Source: a phage. Taken from it: a stretch of 58,567 bases of DNA. Below, one piece after another: positions 9,923 to 19,965 of the stretch (position 1 is the stretch's first letter; every line of letters begins with the position of its first letter). The stretch lies in sequence record PZ445423.1; one strand, written 5' to 3'. Made by a program: the position numbers and the translations under genes. The notes beneath the pieces were generated by a model. That model saw only the letters and a program-made list of their open reading frames with translations, ran no database searches and had not been told where the DNA came from.

Positions 9923-12900
9923 TGGCCGAAACTGCTTCGCTAGTAATCAGGGTTGACGCGAAAGGGATTAGCACAGCGGACTCCATGCTGCGTAACCTTG
10001 CGCGTACAGGTGACACAGCGGAGCGTTCCGCTCAACGTGTCACATCCAGCTATAAAACATTGTCTAACACATCTAACGAACTTGCAACTGTCACAAGTCG
10101 TTTGGATGCTGCAATTGTAGGAATAATCAGCGTTGACACCATTGACCGTGTTATTTCGCTATCGGACTCCTGGACTATCCTCACCAATAAACTTGAACTG
10201 GCTCGTACGGGTAATGAAACCGTTGCGGATGCGCAGCAACGTGTATTTGATATTGCCCAGCGTTCGCGTACAAGCTTAGAAGCAACTGCAACTCTATACT
10301 CCCGCCTCCAGCGTGCAATGAAGAATACTGGTATGACAGGTATGGAGCTCGGGCGCATCACTGAAACAATCAACAAAGCAATGATCGTTTCTGGTGCAAC
10401 ATCCCACGAAGCAAGTGCTGCTCTTATTCAGTTTTCGCAAGCGATGGCATCCGGTGTTTTGCGCGGGGATGAATTCCGATCTGTTGCAGAACAAGCACCA
10501 CGCTTAACTCAAATCATGTCCGATGCATTAGGTGTTACCATTGGACAATTGCGTGAGCTGGCGTACAGCGGAAAGTTGAGCGCCGATGTGGTTATCAAAT
10601 CGTTGTCTGGTGCTGCGGATACAATTGATAAAGAATTTAGCCGCACTATGCCAACGTTCAACCAGCAATGGACGGTTGCAACAAACAACTTGACTAAGTT
10701 CATGGGCGAATCCCAAAAGACTCAAGGTGCGGTTGCTGCATTGGGGCAAACGTTTGTTGCATTATCCGAAAACTTAGGAACGGTTGTAACGGTTGGTTCA
10801 GCTTTAGCCACAGTGATTACCGCCCGTATCATTACGGCAATGCTTGCTAAGACTAAAGCGTCTATAGCTGCTGCAAAAGCATCTCAGATGGAAGCTGCAC
10901 AAACTGCGGCAACTACGGCAGTGATGCAAAGCTCTATTGGCGTTACCGCACAGAAAGCGGCTGCGGATCGTGCCGCTTCGCTTGCAGCGTTACAGGTTGC
11001 TCGCGGGTCATTAGCGGTTGCTAAGGGTACGGCAGCGGAAGCGGGCGCTCGTCTTGCGCTTATCAATGCCACCCGTGCTCACTCTGCGGCAATTATGGCG
11101 GACGTGCAAGCGCGGCAAGCGCTCAATGCTGCTCTTAATGCAACTGTACCAGCCGCAAGCCGGGCAGCTACAGCAATGAGCGTGCTGCGCGGTGCTATGG
11201 GGTTAATTGGTGGTCCTGTTGGTGTAGCAATGCTGGCAGCGGGTGCAATTTACTCCTATAAAGCGTCGCTGGAAGCAGGTCGTGCGGAAAACAATCAGTT
11301 TGCGGATAGTGTTGATTCTGTACGCGAGAAACTGATGCAGATGACAGAAGCTCAGCTGGCAGCTAACGCTGTCAAAGCTAGAGCAATCCTTCCTGAGCTT
11401 GAAGAGCAACTGAAGCGGGAGCAGAACGCTCTAAAATCTGCAACAGAAACACAGAAGTTCTATGAAGCACAATTAAAACGCCGTGCCGCGTCCGGTCGTG
11501 ATACAGCTAGTGCCGAGAAGAACTTACAAATTGCAACGGATAACGTCAAGCTTGCTGCCGAGCGTGCTGAAGAAGCTCAACGCCGTTACAACAATGTCTT
11601 AGAAATGACAAGCCCTGCTATCGAGAAGATAATTCCGTTAGCTCGTCAGCTTGCTGCTGATATGAAGGCCGTTCTTAACATCAAATCCGGTCCACTTATT
11701 GACGAGAAAGTCCTTGACCGTTTTAAAGGTCAGTTAGGTGACGTTAACCGTGAGATTGACGTTAACACTGTTAAGGGTGCTGGTAATGCTCGTCAAGCTG
11801 CAATCCTTAGCGGGCTGTATCAAACTCTAGGCAAGGATGCAGACACATACGGAAGTCTAATCCGAAAAGTGGCTATGGGGCAGGACGTTAGCTCAGAGGC
11901 AACAAATGAGTCCTCAAGACAGCTTGTTAAGTATGCTCAAGAGTTGGCGGAAGCTTACGGTAAGAACTACGATCTTGAAGAAGCTGAGCGCAACCGTACT
12001 AAAGCTACAAAAGATGCAATCAAAGCGGATAACCAGAACGCTAAAGTTGTCCAGGATCTACGCAATAAACTTGAAGAAGTAACCACAGGGGTTAAGGAAA
12101 ACGCCAAAGCAAAAGCGCAAGCGGTGGCACTTAATAAGCTCAATGCGTCTGCAACAGCTGCGGAAAAAGCAGAAGTCGTTAGTCTTGCCGCTGCAATCTA
12201 CGATGCAGAAGAAGCTCAAAAGAAACTGGACGAGCGTAAGAAGAATCGTAAGTTTGCTCAGGGTCTGTTAGATGAAGGTATGACGGACTATGAAAAAATC
12301 GCGTACGAGCAAAATACAAAGATTGCAGAGCTTAATGCAAAACAGCGAGCGGATGATTTAGCTTACTATCAGCTTTACGAAGATGCTAAAACCCAAGTGC
12401 TGAAAAAAGCAAGCATGGAAAGGGAAAACCTGGATAAAGTTCTTATGAACCGAATGATATCCTTTTCTCAGGAATCGTTGGGTATTATACTGTCAGGGCT
12501 GGAAGAAGGTGTTAGTAAACAGAACTTTATTTATAAGGCAATGTTTGCCGCACAGAAAGCAATGCAAATCCCATCAATCCTTGCTAACACGGAGACAGCG
12601 GCATCAGCGGCGCTTGCGTGGGGTACACAGCAAGGCGGTGCTACAATGGGCGCGGCTATGGCAGGAATTGTTAAAGCTATGGGATATGCGTCAGCCGCTA
12701 CTGTGGGTGGCTTAGCAATTGCTGGTATGGCTCACGACGGTATTGATAATGTTCCGCGTGAAGGTACATGGTTGCTGGATAAGGGTGAACGTGTACTCAA
12801 TGCTCCGTCTAATGACAAGTTAAATCGCTTCCTGGATAGTCAGGGTTCGCAACAAGGTGGCGTGAATATGTCAGGCGGTGTTACCATTATTCAGAATATT

Positions 12901-13038
12901 ACTGTACAAGGGAACGGCGATGTAGCGCTCAAGCAAGCAATGCAGCAAGCCGCTCGTGATGGTGCAGAGCAGGGATATAACAAGGTTCTTACAGACTTTG
13001 CTTCCCGAGGAACAATTCGTAGAACTGCAATGGGGTAA
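9922..13038 (+). CDS. tail tape measure protein
   Basis: 1038-aa largely alpha-helical, Ala/Gln-rich ORF after the chaperone pair, SD AAGGAG. Confidence 0.85.
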   Translation: MAETASLVIRVDAKGISTADSMLRNLARTGDTAERSAQRVTSSYKTLSNTSNELATVTSRLDAAIVGIISVDTIDRVISLSDSWTILTNKLELARTGNETVADAQQRVFDIAQRSRTSLEATATLYSRLQRAMKNTGMTGMELGRITETINKAMIVSGATSHEASAALIQFSQAMASGVLRGDEFRSVAEQAPRLTQIMSDALGVTIGQLRELAYSGKLSADVVIKSLSGAADTIDKEFSRTMPTFNQQWTVATNNLTKFMGESQKTQGAVAALGQTFVALSENLGTVVTVGSALATVITARIITAMLAKTKASIAAAKASQMEAAQTAATTAVMQSSIGVTAQKAAADRAASLAALQVARGSLAVAKGTAAEAGARLALINATRAHSAAIMADVQARQALNAALNATVPAASRAATAMSVLRGAMGLIGGPVGVAMLAAGAIYSYKASLEAGRAENNQFADSVDSVREKLMQMTEAQLAANAVKARAILPELEEQLKREQNALKSATETQKFYEAQLKRRAASGRDTASAEKNLQIATDNVKLAAERAEEAQRRYNNVLEMTSPAIEKIIPLARQLAADMKAVLNIKSGPLIDEKVLDRFKGQLGDVNREIDVNTVKGAGNARQAAILSGLYQTLGKDADTYGSLIRKVAMGQDVSSEATNESSRQLVKYAQELAEAYGKNYDLEEAERNRTKATKDAIKADNQNAKVVQDLRNKLEEVTTGVKENAKAKAQAVALNKLNASATAAEKAEVVSLAAAIYDAEEAQKKLDERKKNRKFAQGLLDEGMTDYEKIAYEQNTKIAELNAKQRADDLAYYQLYEDAKTQVLKKASMERENLDKVLMNRMISFSQESLGIILSGLEEGVSKQNFIYKAMFAAQKAMQIPSILANTETAASAALAWGTQQGGATMGAAMAGIVKAMGYASAATVGGLAIAGMAHDGIDNVPREGTWLLDKGERVLNAPSNDKLNRFLDSQGSQQGGVNMSGGVTIIQNITVQGNGDVALKQAMQQAARDGAEQGYNKVLTDFASRGTIRRTAMG

Positions 13039-13041
13039 CAT

Positions 13042-13626
13042 ATGCTTGACTGGCCTGAGGAACTTAGACCATCTTCGATGGAGTGGTATCTGGTATCTAA
13101 CTCCGTAGAATTCACTAGCCCCTTCAATGGGGCTACACAAACTGTCTCCTATCCTGGGTCCAGATGGGAGGCAACTTTATCTTTCGACAATTTAAACGAT
13201 TGGCAATCTAGAAAATTAGAATCCACTCTGGTTAAGCTGGATGGTAAATCTGGTCGCATCATGCTTCAAGATTTTGGACGTTGGGGTAGGCCGCCTATGG
13301 GAACTCCTGTGGTTAATGGTGCAAGCAACACAGGAACTACATTGGCGACTAAAGGTTGGACACCTAACAGAAAAGTCTTATGGGAAGGGGACTATATTAC
13401 CGTGAATGGTGAGTTAAAGATGGTCACTGAGGACGCATGGAGCGATGGTGCTGGTAACGTTATCTTAAATATCGCGCCAATGCTGAGAACTATTCCCCCC
13501 AATGGTGCTAAAGTTGAAACGCAGAAACCACAAGGCGCCTTTCGCTTATCTGACAATACCAACGGCGTTAAACGTCAACCAGCTTTCAACAACTCATTTA
13601 CTTTAAAGTTTTCGGAGGCTTTCTAA
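13042..13626 (+). CDS. minor tail protein (lambda M-like position)
   Basis: 194-aa ORF directly after the tape measure gene. Confidence 0.45.
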   Translation: MLDWPEELRPSSMEWYLVSNSVEFTSPFNGATQTVSYPGSRWEATLSFDNLNDWQSRKLESTLVKLDGKSGRIMLQDFGRWGRPPMGTPVVNGASNTGTTLATKGWTPNRKVLWEGDYITVNGELKMVTEDAWSDGAGNVILNIAPMLRTIPPNGAKVETQKPQGAFRLSDNTNGVKRQPAFNNSFTLKFSEAF

Positions 13627-14210
13627 TGCTGTTCAGCCCTTTTAGTGATAGTGTTTTAACTGCCATGGACCAACCGGATGTTAAGCTTGTCCTTGCTGCG
13701 GAAATACATTTCCCTTCTGGTATAACTAGAGTTCATACAGGGACCGGAGTTGTTGTTATTGACGGTCAAACGTTTCTTGGAGTTGGAACGTTAGGGGACG
13801 TTGGCTCGGTTACTGAAGAAAACAGCACAAGTTCAAGTACCATGTCCATGACCCTTAACGGACTTGATATGAGTCTTGTTGGGGAGACATTGAACGAAGA
13901 AGTAATCGGGTGCACAGTTATATGCTACATTGCGGTATTAAATAGTCAAGGTGTTGTAACTGGTGCTAACGTTCTCTTTGAAGGGTTTATTACAGATACT
14001 GCAATGCAAGCAGGTCAACAGAACGCATTAAGTTATGTTGTTGCTAACGTATTTGAAAAATGGTCGCAGGGTTTACCTGATCGCTATACAGATGAAAGTC
14101 AACAGCGGTTACATCCAGGAGATCGCTTTTTTAGATATGTTGCACAAATGGCAGAACGTTCAATCTTTTGGGGAAGTAAGAAAGATGCACCGGGATTCTA
14201 CTATGAATAA
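13626..14210 (+). CDS. minor tail protein (lambda L-like position)
   Basis: 194-aa ORF whose start overlaps the upstream stop. Confidence 0.45.
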   Translation: MLFSPFSDSVLTAMDQPDVKLVLAAEIHFPSGITRVHTGTGVVVIDGQTFLGVGTLGDVGSVTEENSTSSSTMSMTLNGLDMSLVGETLNEEVIGCTVICYIAVLNSQGVVTGANVLFEGFITDTAMQAGQQNALSYVVANVFEKWSQGLPDRYTDESQQRLHPGDRFFRYVAQMAERSIFWGSKKDAPGFYYE

Positions 14211-14619
14211 AACTGCTGGGTGGCAGACACGCCTATTAACCACAGTAAACGAGCTAAAGGAAGTCCCTTTTGTTTGGGGGCAAAATGATTGCTGTATATT
14301 TGTCGCTAAATGTTTAGACGCACAATACGGGACTAGTATTGCGGACGGGATAATTGGCCAGTACAGCACAGAGCTTGGAAGCAAGAGATTTATGCTGGAA
14401 AAAGCCAAGAGCACGTATTTGCCTACAATGTTGGATGTATACATTACGCAGCGTGTCGATAAGAAATATGCGCAGCGCGGAGATGTGGTTACATTTAATG
14501 GTGACTTAGGTTTAACCGCTGGCGTATTATGGTCGGGTGTTGTTTGGGCTATGGGTCCAAACGGTGTTGAAACTTTTCCATTAAGTAAGATTGAAATTAC
14601 CGACATTTGGAGGATGTAA
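14203..14619 (+). CDS. tail assembly protein, NlpC/P60-like (lambda K-like position)
   Basis: 138 aa from the ATG at 14203; VWGQNDCCIFV resembles an NlpC/P60 catalytic-Cys context; the track's longer ORF (14035) overlaps the upstream gene. Confidence 0.45.
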   Translation: MNKTAGWQTRLLTTVNELKEVPFVWGQNDCCIFVAKCLDAQYGTSIADGIIGQYSTELGSKRFMLEKAKSTYLPTMLDVYITQRVDKKYAQRGDVVTFNGDLGLTAGVLWSGVVWAMGPNGVETFPLSKIEITDIWRM

Positions 14620-17583
14620 ATGCCACCAGCAATAATTGGAGCAGCAATTGCACTAGGCGCGTCCGCTGCCGCGGCTGCTAGTATTATTTCCGTTACAACC
14701 GCTTTAGTGATAGGTATGGCTGCAACCGCAGCGGGTGCTTTGCTTACCAAAACACCTAAATTTGATTTCAACGCCTTTAAAGGTCAGCAAGAACGTAAAC
14801 AAGTTTTGCGGTCCGCTGCCTCTTCAAGAGTTGTTGTTTACGGTACAACGGTTTCATCCGGTCTATTATCCTTTGCAGAGGAACAAGCTGGTGATCAGGA
14901 TGATAAAGAAATTCTAAATATGGTGCTTGTCCTTGCATCCCATAGGCTAGAAGGGATAGGGCCAATATGGCTTGGTGACGATGCTATTGAAACTTTTGGG
15001 GATTTGGTATCGTGGGAGTTTCATAACGATCGTCAAACAGTTGACCCTTATATGTTGAATAATTGTCCTTCGTGGAAGGCGGACATGATTGGTAAAGGTT
15101 TAGCATGGCTAAGACTGACCTATAAGTTCGATGCGGAAAAGTTCCCTTCTGGTTTACCTAACGTTAAAGTTTTAAAGAAAGGTAGAAGGGTGTACGACCC
15201 GCGTTCAGGGGTAGAAGTCTTTAGCGATAATGCTGCTTTAGTGATATTGGATTATTTTCGTGTGTACTTAAATCGTAAAGACTCCAGTATAAACTGGGAT
15301 CAGTTTATTGAAGCTGCCAATATTTGTGATGAAATCATAAATAACGCAGATGGTACATCTGAACGCCGCTATCGCATTAATGGCGAGTTTGAGGTTGAAG
15401 AGGCCCCGTCTAAAATACTGGATGCGATGCTGGAAGCTTGCGGCGGTGAACTGACATATATTGGAGGTAAACACGGCTTGCTTGTTGGTGCTTATTACGG
15501 CCCTGCAACAATGACGTTGGACGAAAGTTGTATTGCTGGTGATATTAAAATAGTACCGGAGACATCATATAAAGACCGTACTAACACCATCACAGGTACA
15601 TTCATCGATCCTGAGCAAAACTATACAGAAGCGGACTTCCCCTCAGTTGTGGTTAAGGAATGGGTGGAGAAAGATGGAGGGGAAATTACGCAGGATATGG
15701 AATACCGCTTTGTTGTAAGTCCGTATCAAGCCCAGCGTCTTGCAAATATTATTTTACGTCGTAAACGTGTAGGTAGAACGCTTGAAATTCCTTGTAATAT
15801 GAAGGGGTATAAATTCCGCCCAGGCATGTACTTAAAAGTATCAATCCCACAGATTGGTATGCGCGATGTTGAAATGCGTGTAACTAAATGGTCTTTTGAT
15901 CCTAAAGGAGGTGTCAACCTTACATTACGTCAGGATTTCCTGGAAATGTGGGACGATGCTATTGGTAAGCCGATGGAGCGTCCGGATCTTGTCGATCTTC
16001 CTACTGGTGGGATCCCTCAACCGCAGAATTTGCAGTATCAGGTGTTGCAGATTAGCGACGTTGTACAAGGTGTATTAACGTGGAGCAATATAGGATCTTT
16101 TTCATATAACCGTGTTGCAATTAAGCAGAACGGACAAACAATATGGACAGCACAGGTTCCCGGGCAGAACGTGCGTGTAACGGGATTATTGCGCGGCGGG
16201 TATACTGCTCACGTGCAAGCTGTAGCCTATAGCGGTGCAGTATCACCAGAAGCATATCTGGAATTTAATATCCAAGCTCCGCCACCGCCGTCCAATGTAG
16301 AAGTACAAAACGGGTATTTTGCCATAACGTTAATCCCACGTATTAAGGATTTAACTAGTGTTAGTACGCAGTTTGACTTCTGGACATCCGGTGAAACAAG
16401 ATTACCGTCTTACGCTACTGAGATTGTCGAAGCTCAAGCAACAAGAAAGGGTATGGGTACAACGTGGACAGATCAAAACCTTAAGAATGACCACACTTAT
16501 TACTGGTATGTTCGTTCAATAAATGCATTTGGTTCGTCTGCGTTTGTGGAAGTTGCTGCGGTAGTTCATGCAGAAACAGGTCAGCTAATTGACTTTGTAG
16601 AGGACACGTTATCTCAAACAGAAGCATATAAAAACCTTGTCGCGTCTGTAAAAGAAGTTGAAGATGGCGTCACGTCTCTTGAGACCACTATAGAGGAAAA
16701 TGACACCAAATATACGGAGCAAATCAACTCAGTCCAGAGCAGTGTGGGTGATGTTAAAGTCACTGTGCAGGAACAAGCTTCCGCGTTCGCAGACCTAAAC
16801 GGCAAACTGTCCGCGCAATGGGGGCAAAAAGTTCAGGTTGACAATAATGGTAATAAATATGTTGCCGGTATGCAGATGGGCGTGGAAGGCCAAGGTGGGC
16901 AATATCAGTCTTACTGGATGGTAAGCGCGGACAACTTTGCGGTTTATAATCCAGTAGCAGGAGCTGCGAGCTTAGCGTTTGTTATTAAGAACGGTCAAGT
17001 TTTTATGAGAGAAGGTTTTATTGAAAACGGTTCAATTAATAACGCTAAGATAGGTAACGTTATCCAGTCTTATAACTGGAATGGTAATGATCAAGGTTGG
17101 GCAATAGTTAAAGACGGTTGGGCGACGTTCAACAACGTTACTGTCCGTGGTACTGTATATGCAACCAACGGTGAGTTTAGAGGAACCGTGTATGCAACTA
17201 ATGGTAAATTCACTGGAACTGTTGAAGCTCAAAGGTTTATTGGTGATATTGCAAACATGCACACTGGAACGAACGTTAGTCGAACGAATAACGGTGTACT
17301 GGAAAAGGTAATGACATACACAGATTCATCCTCCTCAAGGCACGCAAGACACGTCTGTGTTATAGCAAACGTGAGAGGGAATGGTGCAGGTACGATAAAT
17401 ATTAACGGATCTGAGGGCTCTTCCCGCGTACAGGATGTAGAACGACTTATTATGCATTCTGCTGTTGTAACTGGTCCAAAGGTTACGGTAAGAATTACAG
17501 TTTCCGCTCAGAACAATAGAGGGGCGTCTATAGCCTCGCCTACTATTATTGTTTCGCACGGATCCGGTTCATTCACAGGTTAA
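14620..17583 (+). CDS. tail tip / host specificity protein (J-like central fiber)
   Basis: 987-aa ORF at the end of the tail block with SD GGAGG, a hydrophobic Ala-rich N-terminus and a beta-rich C-terminal half. Confidence 0.65.
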   Translation: MPPAIIGAAIALGASAAAAASIISVTTALVIGMAATAAGALLTKTPKFDFNAFKGQQERKQVLRSAASSRVVVYGTTVSSGLLSFAEEQAGDQDDKEILNMVLVLASHRLEGIGPIWLGDDAIETFGDLVSWEFHNDRQTVDPYMLNNCPSWKADMIGKGLAWLRLTYKFDAEKFPSGLPNVKVLKKGRRVYDPRSGVEVFSDNAALVILDYFRVYLNRKDSSINWDQFIEAANICDEIINNADGTSERRYRINGEFEVEEAPSKILDAMLEACGGELTYIGGKHGLLVGAYYGPATMTLDESCIAGDIKIVPETSYKDRTNTITGTFIDPEQNYTEADFPSVVVKEWVEKDGGEITQDMEYRFVVSPYQAQRLANIILRRKRVGRTLEIPCNMKGYKFRPGMYLKVSIPQIGMRDVEMRVTKWSFDPKGGVNLTLRQDFLEMWDDAIGKPMERPDLVDLPTGGIPQPQNLQYQVLQISDVVQGVLTWSNIGSFSYNRVAIKQNGQTIWTAQVPGQNVRVTGLLRGGYTAHVQAVAYSGAVSPEAYLEFNIQAPPPPSNVEVQNGYFAITLIPRIKDLTSVSTQFDFWTSGETRLPSYATEIVEAQATRKGMGTTWTDQNLKNDHTYYWYVRSINAFGSSAFVEVAAVVHAETGQLIDFVEDTLSQTEAYKNLVASVKEVEDGVTSLETTIEENDTKYTEQINSVQSSVGDVKVTVQEQASAFADLNGKLSAQWGQKVQVDNNGNKYVAGMQMGVEGQGGQYQSYWMVSADNFAVYNPVAGAASLAFVIKNGQVFMREGFIENGSINNAKIGNVIQSYNWNGNDQGWAIVKDGWATFNNVTVRGTVYATNGEFRGTVYATNGKFTGTVEAQRFIGDIANMHTGTNVSRTNNGVLEKVMTYTDSSSSRHARHVCVIANVRGNGAGTININGSEGSSRVQDVERLIMHSAVVTGPKVTVRITVSAQNNRGASIASPTIIVSHGSGSFTG

Positions 17584-17587
17584 ACAA

Positions 17588-17615
17588 AACCCCCGCTAAT
17601 GCGGGGTAATTTTTA
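17588..17615. terminator. bidirectional rho-independent terminator between convergent genes
   Basis: CCCCGC-taat-GCGGGG hairpin flanked by A-run (5') and T-run (3'), between the J-like gene and the - strand lipoprotein gene. Confidence 0.7.
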
Positions 17616-17846
17616 GTAATCTATAACACAGTTGGAAGGACTACCAATTCGTCGGTACTCGTGATCAATCTCATGGCACCATTGCCCGGTCATTGGAAGT
17701 TTTTCGGTATCGTAGATTAAAGAACCGTTACCGTCACGGTCTAAAGGTTTTGGAATAACACCGGAATTAGGCTTTCCTGTGTCCAAACCAGTACCGCAAG
17801 CAGATAACAGAAATGTTAATGTCAAAATTGCAATAGAACGTTTCAT
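17613..17846 (-). CDS. small outer-membrane lipoprotein, candidate receptor-blocking superinfection exclusion protein (Cor/Llp-like)
   Basis: Start at the ATG with SD AAAGGAG; signal peptide MKRSIAILTLTFLLSACG with lipobox LSAC; opposite strand, wedged between tail tip and fiber genes. Confidence 0.55.
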   Translation of the reverse strand: MKRSIAILTLTFLLSACGTGLDTGKPNSGVIPKPLDRDGNGSLIYDTEKLPMTGQWCHEIDHEYRRIGSPSNCVIDY

Positions 17847-17929
17847 CGGGACTCCTTTTAGGTTGTTGTCAAGGTTCAAGTTTAATATACTTGTTAGGTT
17901 GAGTAAGTCAATTAAATGTGGGAGAAATT

Positions 17930-19681
17930 ATGGCTACGCGCTTGCACGGTATCTTGCTGGATGGTTTGAATAAGCCAATTATTAACGCTACAGTTGCTTT
18001 GATAGCAAAAGGGAACACGATCACCGTATTGAACGGAAGCGAGGCAATATTCCGCACTGACGGATCCGGTGCGTATAATGTAACCGTACAAACAGGCCAT
18101 TATAAGGTGATCATTGGTCCGCAGGGTATTGAGCCTTATAAAGCGGGTGAAATTGTTATTTATGGTGATAGTCCTGAAGGTTCGCTCAACGGCTATTTAA
18201 TTAACTGGGCTCCGGAAGAGTTGACACCGGATGTTATTAAACAAGTCCAGCAACTTGTGGCTAACTCTGAGGAATACGCGTTACAAGCTGGTCGCTCTGC
18301 TGCGGCAGCTAAAAACGACGCAGACCGCGCAAAGACGGAAGCAGACCGTGCGGAATCTGCTGCTAACAATGCACCAGAAATCCAACCATTACCAGATGTG
18401 TGGATACCCTTTAATAATTCACTGGATATGATCACCGGATTCTCGCCGTCATACAAAAAGATTGTCATAGGTGATGATGAGATCACAATGCTAGGTGACA
18501 AGATTGTTAAGTTTAAACGCGCATCAGCCGCTACTTACATTAATAAGTCTGGCGTGTTCACAATTGCTGAAATCGATGAACCAAGATTTGAACGTGAAGG
18601 TTTATTGATTGAGGGCCAGAGAACTAACCTGCTAATCAATTCAACCAATCCGACTAAATGGAACAAGTCGTCAAATATGATCTTAGATAGATCAGGTGTA
18701 GATGATCTCGGATTTCAGTACGCAAAATTTACATTAAAACCAGAAATGGTAGGGCAAACTTCAGCGATTAACATAGTGACCGTTTCCGGCAGTAAAGGTT
18801 TTGATGTAACAGGAAATGAAAAGTATGTAACCATATCATGCAGGGCGCAAAGTGGGACTCCAAATTTAAGATGCCGATTACGATTTGAAAACTACGATGG
18901 TTCTGCTTATACATTTTTGGGTGATGCTTACCTAAATATGACAGATCTATCGATTGAAAAAACTGGCGGCGCTGCAAATCGTATTACTGCAAGGGCTGTT
19001 AAAGATAAAGCAAGCAAATGGATTTTCTTTGAGGCAACAATTAAAGCACTTGATACAGAAAATATGATCGGTGCAATGGTGCAGTATGCACCAGCAAAAG
19101 GGGGAGGTACTGGTGCAGATGATTATATTTATATTGCGACCCCTCAAGTTGAAGGCGGGGCATGTGCTTCATCCTTTATTATTACAGAAGCAACTCCAGT
19201 GACAAGGGCTAGTGATATGGTTACAATGCCAATCAAAAACAATATTTATAGCTTACCTTTCACAATACTGTGTGAGGTACATAAGAACTGGTATAAAACA
19301 CCAAACGCAGCACCTCGAGTTTTTGATACTGGCGGCCACCAAACTGGGGCGGCAATGATCCTTGGCTTTGGTTCTTCAACGGATTATGACGGATTCCCTT
19401 ATTGTGATATAGGTGGTTCAAACCGACGCGTTAATGAAAACGCTTCTCTTGAAAAAATGGTTATGGGGATGCGTGTAAAAGCAGATCAATTGACATGTGC
19501 AATAAGTAACGGACGTATATCCAGCGAAACAAAAACAACCTGGACTTACATTCAAAGCTCCGCAACTATTCGTATCGGTGGTCAGACAACGACAGGACAA
19601 GGTCATTTATTTGGCCATGTCAGAAATTTTCGAGTATGGCATAAAGCATTGACTGACCGTGAATTGAAGGAGTCTGTATGA
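17930..19681 (+). CDS. tail fiber / receptor-binding protein (putative)
   Basis: About 583 aa from the ATG at 17930 (SD GGGAGA); beta-rich N-terminus, Ala-rich coiled-coil segment, large C-terminal domain. Confidence 0.5.
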   Translation: MATRLHGILLDGLNKPIINATVALIAKGNTITVLNGSEAIFRTDGSGAYNVTVQTGHYKVIIGPQGIEPYKAGEIVIYGDSPEGSLNGYLINWAPEELTPDVIKQVQQLVANSEEYALQAGRSAAAAKNDADRAKTEADRAESAANNAPEIQPLPDVWIPFNNSLDMITGFSPSYKKIVIGDDEITMLGDKIVKFKRASAATYINKSGVFTIAEIDEPRFEREGLLIEGQRTNLLINSTNPTKWNKSSNMILDRSGVDDLGFQYAKFTLKPEMVGQTSAINIVTVSGSKGFDVTGNEKYVTISCRAQSGTPNLRCRLRFENYDGSAYTFLGDAYLNMTDLSIEKTGGAANRITARAVKDKASKWIFFEATIKALDTENMIGAMVQYAPAKGGGTGADDYIYIATPQVEGGACASSFIITEATPVTRASDMVTMPIKNNIYSLPFTILCEVHKNWYKTPNAAPRVFDTGGHQTGAAMILGFGSSTDYDGFPYCDIGGSNRRVNENASLEKMVMGMRVKADQLTCAISNGRISSETKTTWTYIQSSATIRIGGQTTTGQGHLFGHVRNFRVWHKALTDRELKESV

Positions 19682-19956
19682 AAGATATTATTTTAACATT
19701 TAAAGATAAGCAAGAATACCAAAATTTCTTGATTGGGATAAATTGGCAGGATAATGAGGAGCTTCAGGATAAGATCCTTCTGGACGAAATTGGTTACACC
19801 TATACAAACATATCCGGAAGTGAAGACGAAGAACCAGAATCAATTCGAAACGATGGTTACTTTGTTAATGTTCGTATCTTGAACTTTGACTTCAACCAGC
19901 AGATATTTGATGGATATGTGGTTACATTAGATCGACCTTTAAGAGAATGGGCGTAA
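19678..19956 (+). CDS. hypothetical protein, possible fiber assembly factor
   Basis: 92-aa ORF overlapping the upstream stop (ATGA) and lying between two fiber genes. Confidence 0.4.
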   Translation: MKDIILTFKDKQEYQNFLIGINWQDNEELQDKILLDEIGYTYTNISGSEDEEPESIRNDGYFVNVRILNFDFNQQIFDGYVVTLDRPLREWA

Positions 19957-19965
19957 GGAGCGTTT

